64,000 bases of DNA from Ptychomitrium polyphyllum (GCA_973851085.1 OZ316776.1:14880001-14944000); one strand, 5' to 3'. Counted from the first letter of the stretch, positions 48,975 to 64,000 are shown. Notes: generated from the sequence alone by a model not told the origin. Made by a program: numbers and translations.

Positions 48975-51900
48975 CTAACTTACAATTTTAGAATTTTAAA
49001 TGATCAAAACTTTGAAGCATTGTGTCTCTTTTATTTGGTGTTTGTTTTTAATAGAATTTTACACATTGGATTTCAAACTAGGTCTAAATTGAGTAACAAT
49101 TTTTTGCAACAATTTAAAGTGTTATGAAGATTTTGCAATAAAAATTGATCATACAATATAAGAATATTGTACTTTTGCATTTCATTCTTTAAAGGTTTAT
49201 ATATTGGCCTTGTAAAACTTCTTGCTAGTTTATTTATTTGGAAGCATATTTTTATTAGTTTGAATAATTAATTTGAAGAGGTTATAAATAACCTTATTGC
49301 ATTTAAATAGAACCCTTTATTTATCACTTAATCCACAACATTATTTGAGAATTATATCACTTCATGTTGTATTTGGAAATTGAAATTTCAAATATAAAGT
49401 ACTATAAATGAATGTAACAACCAATGAATGCTTGTGGTAATCATAATTGATAACTTGGTCATGTACATTTTAACTTTTTAATTAAGAAATCCAAAATATA
49501 ACAATATGATCTATATGTCATATTTTTATGGCATTATGTTCATGTGATTTAAAATTCTTTTATGATTTTAAAAGCCTCATTTTCTAATTTATACAAATTC
49601 CTACTTTGTTATATTATAAGAACATGATTTTGTAATGAAAATAGATTGTAAACAAGTTGGATGCAAGTATTGTAATTATAACATGTTGCTATCAAGAAAA
49701 AAGTTGAGATTTAAATTATTTTTTTAAAAACGGGGTTGTAAATAAATCAATGATTGCAAAGTCATCAACTTCTACCAAATGATATTTTAAAATGGCTTTA
49801 TACATTGTTTTACTTATAAATACGTTTATGATAATTATAATGTGGATTAAAATAACACCTTATAGATACTATATCAATGGATATGTGACATATTTTATTA
49901 TGACATTTTTTTTTCAAAAGTACTGTACTATTAAAAATCAAACCATACAACTCCATCATTATTAAAAAAAAAAATCGATTATAAAATAATACTTTTACAA
50001 AATGAGCTTGGATGGATCTTTGAAGATTGTTATGTTATAGTGGATTTTGGTAGTAAATTCTTTGTTTAAAAATTTAATTTTCTTGCTAACAAAGCAAGGT
50101 TTATTTTATACATGTTATTTTAGAAAATACTTGTTTTTTTTTTTCCTTTGATAATCAATTTCATTAACTATGGTATCAAAGATTATTTATTTGCAACTCA
50201 AATGTGCTAGTATAATATTCTTTATAAATCCCCTTTACTTCCTTGTTTCAAAAGGTGTTTTTCATTTTTGAAAAGTATGTTTGATTGAAGTTGACTTCCT
50301 TCATGCATTAACCTTATCAATCTTCATTGTAACATGCATGTACTTCTTCTCACATGCATTCACTATAATTATTCATTAATATTTTTCATTCCATTACAAA
50401 CGTGTATTCCTCTTGCTACTAAATAATGATACAATTGTAATATTTTATTGTTCTTAAAAAATCAAAAACTTTAATTGATATTGAAGAAGTTCTTTAGCAC
50501 TCATATTATGAAGTTAAAAAACAAAATACATTAATTAAATAAAGTGTACTAAAACAGCATATCTTATCATAGTTTAAGAATTTTTTACTAAATCAAACTT
50601 ATTAATAAAGTTAAGACCACCAATTTTTGAAGAAACACCACCATTTTTATGCAATTGTCTCTAATTTTTGAAATAAGTGTCATTGGTTGAATGACAATGG
50701 TACCAAAAACCTAAATTCATAACTGCATACGCATGGAGAAGCATTTGGTAATCTGTGTTTCAATTAAAAATCTAAATTTAATTAAAAAGTGCTATTAAAC
50801 TCGAGGTGGATGATATTGAAGGCCGTAATAGGTGCAAATATTAAAAATTAGGTGAAACAAGGTTGGAAAGTAAGAATCTTGAAGGATTGTAATGCAAAAA
50901 AATAATTAATTCACAGCTTGTTACATTCACAAAAACCCAAAAAAATAGATTCTTATTGGAATTATAACTAAAAGCTTATAAAAATCTACCAATCTTACAA
51001 GAAAAAACATACTTATGGCTAAGCAGCACCAAAATAATTAAAAATGGTCAATAGTCCAAAAAATTAGTAAACCTCTCAGATTTGGAAGCTTAGAGCTCCA
51101 TTAAAAAAAAATGACGGATTATGGTCAAGATCATATTCCAAGAATGCTATTGCCTTGTTTCATCTAATTAAAAGCTTCATTGATATTTCTTCTTGACTCC
51201 AATGAAGTCAATTACTAATCTGGTGCTAATTAGTTGTATTAAAAGAAGACTTAAATAAAGTCTTGAAGTGTGACCTTATGTGGAAGTGACATTTCTTAAT
51301 TTGCTACCAATTTTTGACATGTTTCCAGGTATCAGAGTTGCTCTTTTAAAGGAGTTGGTTAATCAAGAAGAGTTTATAAATACATATGCGCAACAAAGCC
51401 ATAGTGGTGAAAGTCCTTAGCATGGAATTATATCTTCATGCAATTCTATAAGTCAATTGCAGCAGTCGAATATCTTATTTCTTTCACGTTGAAACTCAAA
51501 AAAGTACTTAAAAAAAGAAAGTCAAACATGTCCTTCTCGCTTTAAGTTTGTCTGATTAAAATAAGAATTTTACTTTTTAAAATGTTTCTTCAAATATTTT
51601 GAAAATTTACAATAGTTACAAAAAAATATAACTAGAAATAACTAGGATAAACATCATAGTGAAATTGCTATCTTGCTTCATTCAAATATTTGTTGGTAAA
51701 CCATATTTTATAAATTATGTTGAAATTTAAAGTTTTGAAATTTAAAAGTGCTATAATTTTTTGCAATTTGGACAGTTTAAAAAACTTCAACTTAGATCAT
51801 AAATACAAAAGACCGGAACACCTTAATTATAAGTTCTTAAATTGGGAACTTAAATTATTTAAAAAAATCACTTTATGTCCATTGATTTCCAAAAATATGT

Positions 51901-54900
51901 TGCGTTTTTTCTTTCGTCAACCTTAACTCCTCTAGGCCACATAATACATTAAGATTTTTAAACACCTATTTCATCCATTGAAGAAGACAATAATTTAATA
52001 AACTACATCTAAAAAACGTTTAAAAATGAAGTTATGGTAAAAGAAGGTTTGAAAGATCAAAATTTAGAACCAACTCAAAATGGATTAGAAAGGTTAAGAT
52101 TTACTTCCTACAATGTCATTATTGAAATGATAAAAAGATGGAGATGCTTGAGACATATAATAGAAATGCCAACTAGTAAGAACATGTAGGCATGTGTGCA
52201 TGTATGATTTATATTTTGGAAAAATTTCACCCTTCTACTCAAGAATTAAATGGTGTCTATTTTTTAATATAAAAGTGACTACAAATGATCCAAAATGATT
52301 AGAATAATAAAATCGCTTTATAATAAAATTATGCTATTATTAATTCTGGCTACATAATTTCCAGTTAATATATGATTATTGTTGTCTGAGAGTCATTTCT
52401 AAGCAAGCCTGCTATGAGCGTATGGTAATCATTGACAGGGTTCAGGGTGATGAGTGTTCTCTCTGGGCTATTGATTAACAATAAAGTGGGAACATGTCAC
52501 AACATTATTGCCCTAGCACTAAAGCATAGGAAATGTGAAGGGAGTAATGTTTGAAGGGATGGCTGGATGTGAGCCTCCTTGATACATCACAATTCACCAG
52601 CAGGGAGGGGCAGCATGGATTGCTCTCAACTACAGAGTAGCTTGCAAAGTCAGGCGTCCTCTCATAAAGTGCTCATGGGCAACCTGATCACGGCAGAGCA
52701 TCCTATGCTGCCAAGCTTAGACAATCATATGGTATTGTGACTTGTCTTGTGACTTGTCTTGTTTAGTTATCTCCTAGAGGCACCATACTGATTCAGTGAT
52801 TATATGCTTCCTTCAAAATACTTCCAATTAGCTATGCTTCTACAAGCTTTTTCATTCTGTTCAAAGTTTATGTTCAAATTATAAGTAAGTAATTTCTGCC
52901 AGCGGCTTGCTGCTTGTTTTGGTGGGATATACTTTTACATGAAATGGAAGTTTGTTCATTTGGTTCAAATTACATTTGAAAATGACCCAGCTTTTTGAAA
53001 ACAAGATAATAGAATAAAAATCACAAACAAGTGACTTTGCTACTTTGCTGTAAATTACAACCAATGCAATTTTCTCCTTAATGAGCTGTTGGCGGCCTTG
53101 CCCTAAGCTGTGGAACAGTGTCGCAGAAGGAGCAACAACTAATACAACTCCTCCTTTGACAGCCTGGCCTTTGACAAAGCCCCTTCCCCCTTCAAACTGA
53201 AATAAGTGACACAGTGACGGTGATATTGCAAGAGAAAATAAAATAAAACTCTCGATGATGATTGTGAGCTCGGAGGTATAGACATTTATGAGCTCTTGCA
53301 GATTCTGGACTTCCTAAGTTCATACTCCAGGCATCATGTGCCTAAGATTGAAGGAAGAGTTCAAACCATGCCTTTGGGAAGAATTGTTGTCCCTCAGCAC
53401 TGTTTATATCATGGAGAATATGTCAGTCCTGGATATTGCACAACTTATACGTCATAACATCCAGATACAGCATGATACAAACATCAAGTTCTGCATATAT
53501 AATAATAACTTCACAGTGTTATAGGTGCAAATTTCAAACTTCCAGAAAATACATAAATAAAAATAGATACTCAGTGATAAAATTGTTCAAATAACCATGT
53601 GATTGTAGTTTAAAGTTCAACATTGTTGTTTTCTTTTGTACAGCTGCCTTGATAGGGTTTTAACTGATTTAATTTAAGTTTTTAAAAGTAATAGAGTTTA
53701 GTCTATTGCAATGTTTAACATCAAATTTTTGCTTCTATCTGATGGTTTTATTGTTATTGAAATTTAATCCAAAAGTATTAAGGTTATTGCACAATATATT
53801 AATCACGTGTATTATTGTTAAACCATGTAGTATCTAGATGACAAATGGATTCAAATAACTCCATAGATCACATACCCAGTGCATTTTTCATCCATCAAAA
53901 TTTCTCTTAATCTTATATTAATTTGTCACAATTTGCATATCACAAGTTCTTGACCAAATTAATTTGGGATTTCAAATAGTAATGCAATGGATTACCAACA
54001 TTACATTCCATTGGCATATAAGTAACACAAAAATGAAGTAAAGTAATATATTCATTAAAATCCTAAATTCTTATATGGTTATAATTTAATTAGTTCTTCA
54101 CATCGTGACTTAGAAACTTTTAAGATTTCAACCAACTATTGACCTTAGTTTACTAACAAAAGTTAAAATTTCTTTATTGCCACATCATCTTTTATAGAGC
54201 CCAAATCAAAAGAAACTTTATATATAACATTCTTTTATGAGAAAAAAACACTCATTGTTTTGTATTGAAACTCATATGCATTTTTTATATATCAATTTCA
54301 TTTGATATTATTCAAATTTATTGATATGCAATTGCCAATGATTTGTAGTGGCTAAGAATTACAACTAAATCAAGTTTAAATAAAACATTTGAGAATTTTC
54401 CTCAAATTTAGTTTGTGTATTTTAAATTATTTTGTTATTTGCCAAATTTTGTATTACATATCAAAGAAGATATGAAATAAAATTTATTGATTATGGTGAT
54501 GCTTTCAATGAATATAAAACAAAAATGAATGTTTGAAAGATTTTTAATTGTACTAATAAATTTTAAATGATTTGATTTTAAGAAGTTGCAACATATACAC
54601 AATCAAGGATGGTTTGAAGCCATAAAATTTAGAAGAAATTTGTGCAAATAATGATAATTTGATATTATAAATGTAAGTTATAATGAAGATTATTTTGGTG
54701 TATTTCAAAATCCAACTACTTTCTATTTCAAAAATTCAATATAACTACATTATCAAAGAATATTTTAGCTTTTGGTTGATTGTGATTTTTTTTGCCATAA
54801 AATATTGCCATGTTAAATCCAATAACGTTTTTTAAGCTTAAAAAAAAAACAACACTTATTTATTGTGATTTTATCTAGTGTATACAAACAAAATAACTTA

Positions 54901-57900
54901 ATTAAAGATTAAATCTTATAAAGATATCCAAAATAATATTAACTAGGTAGTTCAAATTTTATATTTAAAACATTAGATATGCAAAAGGTTTAATTAGGAA
55001 CATGAAGCAGTTAAGTATAAAACTCATAACATGGAAAATATACAATGTATAATATCATTGAATTCTAAAACATTTAGATAGAAATCAAATAATTTTTTAA
55101 AAACACTATCATTTTAAAATTATCTAAATAATTGTTGTGGTTTGGGAGGAAGTTTGAAGGTGAGTTCTTTAAGATGAGCATAAGATATCTTATGTAGATT
55201 CAACCTCATTTAGTACATTTACTAAATTTTTCTTCCTATTATAGGTCAAGTATATTAACTCATCTTTAAAGTACTTAATCAAAGTATTACAATTTTGAAT
55301 GGGTTCAACAATACAATGCCTTATCCCCTTATACAATGCTTGCATTATAATCTCATTGTCTTTGCAAATTTAACAACCATATATAATTTGTTATATTAAA
55401 TCATATAACTTTGAATCAACTCCACTTGCTTTGCTTTTTAATTAAAGGATATAAATTCAATGCAAAATGAATTTTTTTGCAAAAATCAAACACACTGACA
55501 CTCTTCATGTCGACAAACTTCAGTAAACATAATTGATTAGTATACTCACTAATAAGAGTAATTTTAAATTAATTAGTGAGGTCGAATCTAAATCACAAGA
55601 TTGGTGTAGCTGCTCTTATTTTCTAAATATGCTTGCACCGAATTACAGTATAGCTCTTTACTTGTGCATATAAAATCCATTACAAGGAATAAAACCAAGC
55701 TTATGAGAACTTCGTAATTTGGCAAACATTAATATCATAGTATATTTGATATATTGTCTATTGACAGCCAATCATATTAGTTGCCTCTGTTTTAAGATTT
55801 GATATTTGTCCATCTCTAGTTAAAAAGCTTTTTCGTGTTGACTTTAAATTTCCTGAAATAAAATTCCAAAAACATTGGATTTTACTTTTAAAGTTATGAT
55901 CGAACATAAGCTGGAATTGGAATTGTAGAAGGTTGGACAGGTAGCAGTATATTCATTTTTTCTAATGTGGATAATCTGATAGTTTCTCAGGGAAAATATT
56001 GAAAAATCTACTCTGTATGTGTCAGAGAACTGTACATGTACAACCAATGTCATGTGCATAATACTTTTAACCCTAGAGGAGAACAGTTTGATTGTTTGAT
56101 TTGTCAGAGTATGTACAGACCCAGAGTAGGAGTGGGGGTACATCCATTGCTTTTAGGTTCTTCAATTATATGAGGACCTTGGCCCTGCACATGCCAGGCA
56201 GCTCAGTCAGGCAGTCTGCCAGTGAGCCACAGCGACAAAGAATCAACCTGCCCCTTGAAGTTAGCCCCTTTACCAAGGAGATTGTACAAGTTCCAGCTGC
56301 TGCTGCTTAGGATCAACATTCTTGTACAGTGCTCTCCATTATGAATTCAAATATTGTCATGACTGGTTTGTTGGTTGATCATGTTGCTTCACAGCATATG
56401 GTGATCAATCAATTTCTCATTGTGTGATATGGTCAACCTGTAAAATTTTGAATTCAGATCATAACCCGAAATATGGAATTTGGAGCATATAATATACATA
56501 ATATTTGAATGATCAGATCATAGACTTGCTTTGCATGAAATTGGAATATTGCCAGAGGGCTGATTAATCAGTATTCAAATTCAGCACAGATCATGCCTTT
56601 TCCTGCATCTCAAATCATGCATGTTGTCTGTTTCAGGCTTTTGGGCTGACTGTGTGGGAAGACAAACACACTCTTCTGTTGGCACAAATCAGTCTTGCAG
56701 ATTTTTAAGTTTGCAAGGCCATTTCCTTCTTTTGACTTTGAGTGTTGATGCTGTTCAAAAATTAGTGGACATGGTCATTGCCCTTAGTGTTCTGTGTTGA
56801 CATGGACAGCTCTCCCACAATTTTCAACAAAGTAATAATCATTTAGCTACAATTTAATATCTTTGCGTTTGATTTGCTGGTCTAATGCATGCACACCTCT
56901 TGACAATTTTTTGGCATTTGTCTGATCATACACAATGTATGATACGTGAGATTGTTTGATATAATTGATTTGCCATCAAACAAGTTGATTACATAAACTT
57001 GTTCTATTTAAATAATAAGGTTTAATAGTTAGGACCTGGAACGGAGAATCCAACTGAGGTGTCTGGCTTTCTTGTCCTTGCTTCACGAGGGTTAGCTTAG
57101 TAAGTTGTGCCTCACATGCTGTAGCTGACAAAGCTTGCTCAACAGAGTCACCTCCAGCCATCTTTTCTAACCTCCATTGAAGCTCCCAAGTCTCCAATAT
57201 ATAATATTATTTAGAGAAGTCTAACTCTTCATACATAATTCTTTCATTTGTTTGCATAGTTCAGTCCATAACTGAGCCCTGATGTCTTTGTAAGAACTTC
57301 TCAATTGCATGAGGTTCTTAACCGCATGAACTTCATTTTAGAGGGGTATGTAGAGTTTGAGGCCCCACCCAAACTGTAATCAACCTCTCTATTGTTGTAA
57401 TAAAAGGGTTTCCCAACTGGCCAAAGCCCTTTGCCCTTGACTTTCCATGAACATGGAGAGTTTTTTTCTCAACCTTCAAATGGACCATTTTATTTATATT
57501 TTTCTTTGGAGCATCTCTACCCCAAATCCCTCCACACATTGTTTAACTCAAGTATAATAATTTATAGAGTAAGTCATGTGCACTATTGAAGGGAATCTTA
57601 CATATTACTAAATTGCCAATGTAACTCTTAGGAGGTCTAACTTATGTTGCACATTACCATGCAAATGATCTCATATACTTAAGAAATGCAATTTTCATAT
57701 TGTTATGTAAAGTAGTTTATGTTGTATAGTACATATATGTGTATTCTATTAAAAAAGAAAAACCAAATATATAATTATGCATTGGTGTATACAAATTGGG
57801 CAAATTTTGGATTGTTATAGATATCTAAGACATGTAATTTTAAGAGTATAGCCTTGATTTTTTGGATGGAAATTAGCATAGCCTTTTCAATAATATTAAT

Positions 57901-60258
57901 TAAAAGAAAATAAGATTGAAATACAATATAACTAAACCTATTTCTTTTATCATAAAAATATATTAGATAGGGGTTTTCAAAATAATTTATTGCAAAAAAA
58001 CAAAATCACAAAATCACTAGCCCTTCAAGCCATATCCACCAATGATAAAGGTTGTGTGGCCTTAACAAGAGGCCATCAAGATAGTCTACTGAAGCTTGAA
58101 AAAAATCCATCCTCAATTTAAAGGCTTTTTACTTGGATATATCATCTATTATTGCAACAAAACATCATTAATATACAACAATTTTGGTGCTAATTACAAG
58201 TTGTTTTTTCCACTTTATTGAAGTAGTGCCAAATTTCATGTACTTGTAATGAAACAAAGCCTAGTACTTTTCTTGATTAGATATATTGCTAGCTTGCCAA
58301 CTCATAACATTGTTTTTATTAAGTTCAAATCATTTATAATATATTATCTTTAATAGTTATTTATTTATTATATATAATATGAAACTTCTTTGAGTAATGC
58401 AAAAGAAATGTTTACTTTTACATGAATAGTTGAAACTATCTTAAAGCATAATGACCTAAAAAATCATAATTATAACAATCATAGTGTAAATCCTCTATTA
58501 TTAAACTTGCTTGGCAAATAAACACTTTCAAAAATGGAATAAAATTAATTCATTTAAATTTCTTAAACACATCATTCATCTAATATTTAAATCACTTTAT
58601 CAAGCATCATTTAAATATGAATACTAGCATGTTATTTCCATTTTAGATCATTGTCTTTGTATATTTTCTTTTCTTTCAAAATGTTGTCAACCAAAGCTTG
58701 AGATTTAGCAATAACACCTTTTAAGTGCCACTTTGTAGCAACTAGATTAGAAACAATAAAATGTCTCTTTAAAATTTTTAAGATTTAATTTTAAAAATAA
58801 ATTTCATTAGTGAAATCATAGAATTTTTGGTTAATCCTTCAATTGTGCATTAAACAATCAATTATATCACAAAGAAATATGATTTTGTCTTTAGCAATCT
58901 TTGAAGGTGTGCTATAAAGACCTTTGACAACCTTGATTCTACAAATGATCTTAATAATAAAATAAACATCTTCATATGTCTTTTAAATAATAGCTAAGTT
59001 GATATTTCTTTATCTACCTATATTTTATTTATTTTCCTTCAAAATTGGAGATAGATCTTAAGTAAATTGTTGTAATAATTGTACTTCCCTTCATACATGA
59101 GCTTACAAACTACATCATGCAAGGCTAAGAAACATCAAGGATAATTGCAAAAGAAAGACAGTCTTCATTGCAATAGAAATCATTGATTGGTATGGTTTTT
59201 TTTTAAGAATAAATAGGTTCCCAGAATGCAATCACTTTTATTGTTACAAAGGCTTCAAATTCCTTCCTAATAAATTTGGTATATCTCTTTGTCTACAATG
59301 ATCCCTCTTTTAGTGGCATAAGTTTTAGAAGTGCACCAAAATAAGATGTTGAATACTAAATTTAACAATATATTTATAAATTCACAATAAAGTTATTTAT
59401 TAAATAGAATCTCTTCATTTTTGTTTCTAAACTCCATTTAAAAAATATATATAATAGTCTCTAACAATCTATAGCACAAACATTAAGGCACTCAAGGTTT
59501 GGAAGAGCAATTGAAAGAACTTCAGGTACTTACAATAATCAAAGAGTTGACTTAGAGGAGCTTGGCTAACTTCAGGGAGGTTTGTCAAAATACAGTCTAA
59601 AATGTGTTTTTACTTCGTTTTGTAACAAAAAAATAAATCTCAAAATATGTTTTACAAAATTTTCCTGTTTGCAGGCTGCAAACACTCAACAAACAGACAA
59701 CTCTAATCTAGGGCGTTTTTTCCATACCGTCAGCACAACTCTAATGTACCCGAGAGTCACCGACCCAGCAAGCAACAGGCTAATCGTGTGAAAACAGGTT
59801 CCATCCATTGAGTTCCAAGATTGCCATGCCTCCAGCTCACAGTTCTACCATCTCCACTCAAATGATAAGTTTGGGTTTACCAGGCAGACACTTTGCCTAG
59901 TGGGTCCATTGAACCGCTGTTGATTGGATCAGTTCGCCTGGTCGATGTTACTATTTTCGCCTACTAATCATTAAGGTCATGAGGTGCAAATAAAGGTCGT
60001 AGGGAATTGGTAAGTGGACGAAGCCCCTAAAGCTGAGAACACATACAAAAATTCAACCAAGGGCTAACTCAATCCAAGAGGAATGATCTACTTGGAATAA
60101 TGTACAGTTCATGAACAAATCATCGTCAAGGGCCAGTAACCAGGAAATGCACTTTGCTCCACACCAATTAAGTTACAGGTGTAAATTTTAGTCTCAAGGA
60201 CCCCTCTAATCAACCTCCCTCTAAGGTTAAAGGTACAAGATGTCTCTTGTGCTTCATT

Positions 60259-60312
60259 TATGCTCCAATGATGAAGTATGCTCCAATGATGAAGTATGCT
60301 CCAATGATGAAG
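60259..60312. repeat. 18-bp tandem repeat x3 (TATGCTCCAATGATGAAG)
   Basis: Three perfect units read directly. Confidence 0.95.
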
Positions 60313-63300
60313 AAGGATATTGAAATAAAAGTAATTTAGGCCAATTACAAGTGCACACACTTTAAAACATAAATTTTTCTTTCAAATTTCCACGAATGCA
60401 AATGAGATACCTCATATTATTTTATTTTCCATACATAACCTTTATGTGTGTCAATTTCATTTCACTTGAGATTTTTCTATTTCATAAGTTATAATTAATA
60501 AAATAAGGATATCTAAGAATTTTTTCCTTCATTCACCTCCAAAGAGTTGGAATTTTATCCTAATTTGAGAGCATAAGAGGTATTAGATGAGCTTTTGATG
60601 CCTCTTTTGTTCTCAAGTTGGGATGAAATTGAGCCATGTTCCTTGCACTTGTTTAAGGCTTGAAAGTAAGGAAGTAGGTGAGATGAAGATAAGAAGGCAT
60701 GGAACAATTCTTTCAATAAAAAAAAAAATCTTCAATAAAATTTGCATTAATAAAATATAGCAATTTATTGGACATTTATTTTTTTGGATTTTTTTTTGTT
60801 GGTCTTCATTCTTTATTCAAAATCCAACTAAAAAACTAAAATATTTTACACAAATCCTACATATAAAGTACAATTTGATTGTTAAAACCTTATTCTATTA
60901 TAAAGTGAAAGAGTTTGGATTTCTTATTACCAAACTATATTCATGATTTCATTTATTCAATGCCATGTTCCTTCAATGATATTTAATATTAATTTCTTAC
61001 TTTCTAAGGAGATAGTGAGCTGTTTTAGTTGCTCAAAAATGTTATGGATTGCCAAATAATCATGATGAGTTATACATTATTAAACATGAAAAAAGAATAG
61101 CATCTCTCATTTGGAAAATGTTTGCATAAAAGATCTTGGATTCCAAAGACTCATGTGAGACCTTACTTGATCATTGAAACCATTGTAAATGGACTACTTT
61201 TGATGAAAAAAATACCTCATTTTATAGAGACCTAAGAAATGGCAGTTGCACAAAGAAATGAATATTTACAAGATCTTTCACCATCAGGTGCCACCAAGAG
61301 CTACATGGAAGCTTGCCCTCAGTTGGTCGGAAGTCATAGTTTTAATGTAAAACTCAAAAAGAAGTGCCATAGCCCAAGTTAAGTCAATATGACAACTATA
61401 ATACCATACCTTTGGTTCACTTTTGTTAAGCTTCTTATATACTTAATCACTTTTAGTTCAACATTATTTTCAGTTCAACATTTCATTTCAATTGTTTTGG
61501 AATTTCAACATCTTTCCAAATTTCAAGCAAAGAAAAGAAGAAAAAATCATTGCATGTCTTGATATGGATTTTCACCATCAATACTTTGCCCTGAGAATAC
61601 ATCGAGTTTTATTTTCATTTAATTTGATAATATTAAAAAACTAGCTTAGCTGAAACAAATGTGAGGTAAACATCAACGTAAAGAAACTCAATAAATTTAA
61701 ATTACATTGATAAACTTTTAAAAGCAATTGAAATAAAAATTCTGAAGTGAGATTGTAATTGTGCATTCTTTCAGTCTAATGTCAGGTCAGCTTGGCTGAA
61801 GAGCAGTCGAGCTGGGCTTGTAGCCCCTATCCGGAGGTGACTCAAAATTTTGAAAAGTTATATGTGAAAAGAGCAGCAGTCAGTTTGAGCAAATTAATGT
61901 CTGGAGCAATCATGTGCGGATCAGCCAGTTCTAGGATTGGCAATTCAAAATCTTCACGAAATAAATTGAAACAAATGATTCGGACACCCTTCCGGTATAC
62001 TTCATCCACCGATGTGTTACTTATCATTACCTTCGATTTGACTGGCAGCTGCATTTGTAGAGTAATGTGGTCCTGACTTGAGGTCTGTAGGCTCTTCATT
62101 AGCTGGCTCTGTACTAGTTCTCCCTCGCAATGAAGGTTGGCTTTTACTTTTGCACCCATTATAAAAATAGTTTTTAGATGTCCGAATTTTCAAATTTTCA
62201 GTAAATATAGGTCATTCATGAATTTCGAAAGTTTTAAAGGTTAAACACTGTAAAGTGGACTTTAAGTAGATTCCTAAGAATTTGCAAAATCACGGATTAT
62301 GTTTTACTTGTAAATCAAACAAAAAAAATATCCATTTTTCTATCAATGTCAACTCTCCTTTCTCTAGCATTCAATTTTTTAAAAATCTTTAGAATTTTTT
62401 TTCATGAAATTAGTCTTATAGTACAAAGATTCAATGTATTGCATGGTAAAGTTTTAAATCAAACATTATAATGATACCTTCAATTTCTACATGTATTAAG
62501 TTCTTATAAAAAAACGTGATATATTTGTAATATTTAAAAATAAAAACTTAAAACTAGTTGATATTTTATGAAGTGTTTGCTAATTTCCATTCGATATGGT
62601 ATGTCATAGAATTGCATGCATTTTATTAAAATACCAATAGAATATTATTATAATGTTCCAATATCTCACTTACAATAATACACTTTTAATGTTGCATATA
62701 CATTATATACATTATGGAGTGTGATGTAAACTAGCTATGAACAATATATGCTTCATAGATTAAAAATTTGGTTTGGAAGTTTATATGATAGAGAAAATAT
62801 TGTCATAATAAAAAAAATGTTGCACTTCCAATCTCTTATGCTCATAGCTTCTCCATATTGAAATATAAAATAATTATATAGAAAAGGATTTTCTTACTTG
62901 TCTTTCCTAAAGATTTTTCACCTTTGCCTATTGAATGTTTAGCATGTGAAGTTGCCTTTAATTTTTGGGTGTATAAGACGTTTTGAACAAAAGTATAAAA
63001 AGATAGATAAAGTGCTTTGTTGTTCTAATGAGATGCTTATTGACATTCAATGTTAGTGACATTGATTTGGCAATGTACATTTAATACAATAATAAAATAT
63101 TTAGAATTTATGAAATCAAATGCTAATATTTAGTGCAATAAAGAGGAAATATTAAATTTTGATACCTGCACAAGAGACTCACAATGTACCAAGTGAATTG
63201 AAATAATTTTTATACACAAAATTACAAATCTTTATGTGAAGTGATTTTCAGGTCCAATTCAGAGCATAGTGATACACTGAAATCTCTTCAGGTCAATTTT

Positions 63301-64000
63301 GATATTAAAACATTGAATGGTGGAAAAAGAAAGTAAAAACAAGGTGAACACAATACATAATGTTGTGCCACTTGATGACTGTCATTAGTAATTATTTCAA
63401 ATTCAGTAGAAGTTTGGAATTTGAATTCATTTGTTCTTGTTTGCCTGGTGTATGTGGAGTCCACAACTTCAAATGAAGGTCCTGTGGACAAATGATAGCC
63501 AAAGTAAGTGGGTAACCCTGATTTGAGCTGCTTGTTTGAGACTGGGTCTGGTCAGCATGTTATTGCTCCTAGCACATGTTACTCCAGAATTCAGCGCTGC
63601 CCAAAAAAGATGAGAGTTTTAAGATTGCAAACAAAGAAAATCAATACCTTTCCTTTATTTCCTCTAATAACTGGATTCACTGTAAACTTAGCTTTCCTTA
63701 GTTGTATATAGTAATAATTTATTAATGATAGAATTAAATCTAAATGGATAAAATTGAATTTGCTAACATTATTTTGCGTGCCATACTGTACTCCTACTCC
63801 AGACTCGTTTTCTTCCAAAACTGCTAACATGCAACAGTATGTGTTTTGCGGATGTAATTATAGAGTGTAACGTGATGGATCATACTCCTGTCAAGTCAAT
63901 TTCCTCAGCTTTGACACGTGTGCAGCCAACATGGAGGTCAAGTAACTCATGGTCAACATGTCCAGTTCCCTTTGTGTTTTCTAGTATATTTCTGTAGCCC

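Overview
Eukaryotic land-plant genomic DNA, most likely a moss (Physcomitrium-like). The evidence is GT-AG introns, AT-rich intergenic DNA and a relic resembling moss CYP761 P450s. Two genes look intact: a 2-exon OXS3-family gene (+, ~13230-14807) and an 8-exon UTP14 SSU-processome gene (-, 32599-26978, 1020 aa). Between them lie three co-oriented, intron-retaining, disabled genes: a bulb-type lectin, an ENOD93-like gene and a CYP71-clan P450. The UTP14 upstream region carries a telo-box-derived ~18-bp repeat array and a 13 x 27-bp minisatellite. The right half (33.6-64 kb) is very AT-rich with no recognisable intact gene. It holds two inverted solo LTRs of one family, each with its own 5-bp TSD, plus scattered exon-like islands. 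The most notable unexplained signals are: a patchily conserved non-coding cassette shared by ~835-1000 and the OXS3 3' end (~15645-15807); the co-oriented pseudogene train; the repeat-built UTP14 upstream region; and the near-identical TSDs of the two solo LTRs. Family calls come from manual translation and motif recognition; no database search was run. I cannot claim a demonstrated new biological system.
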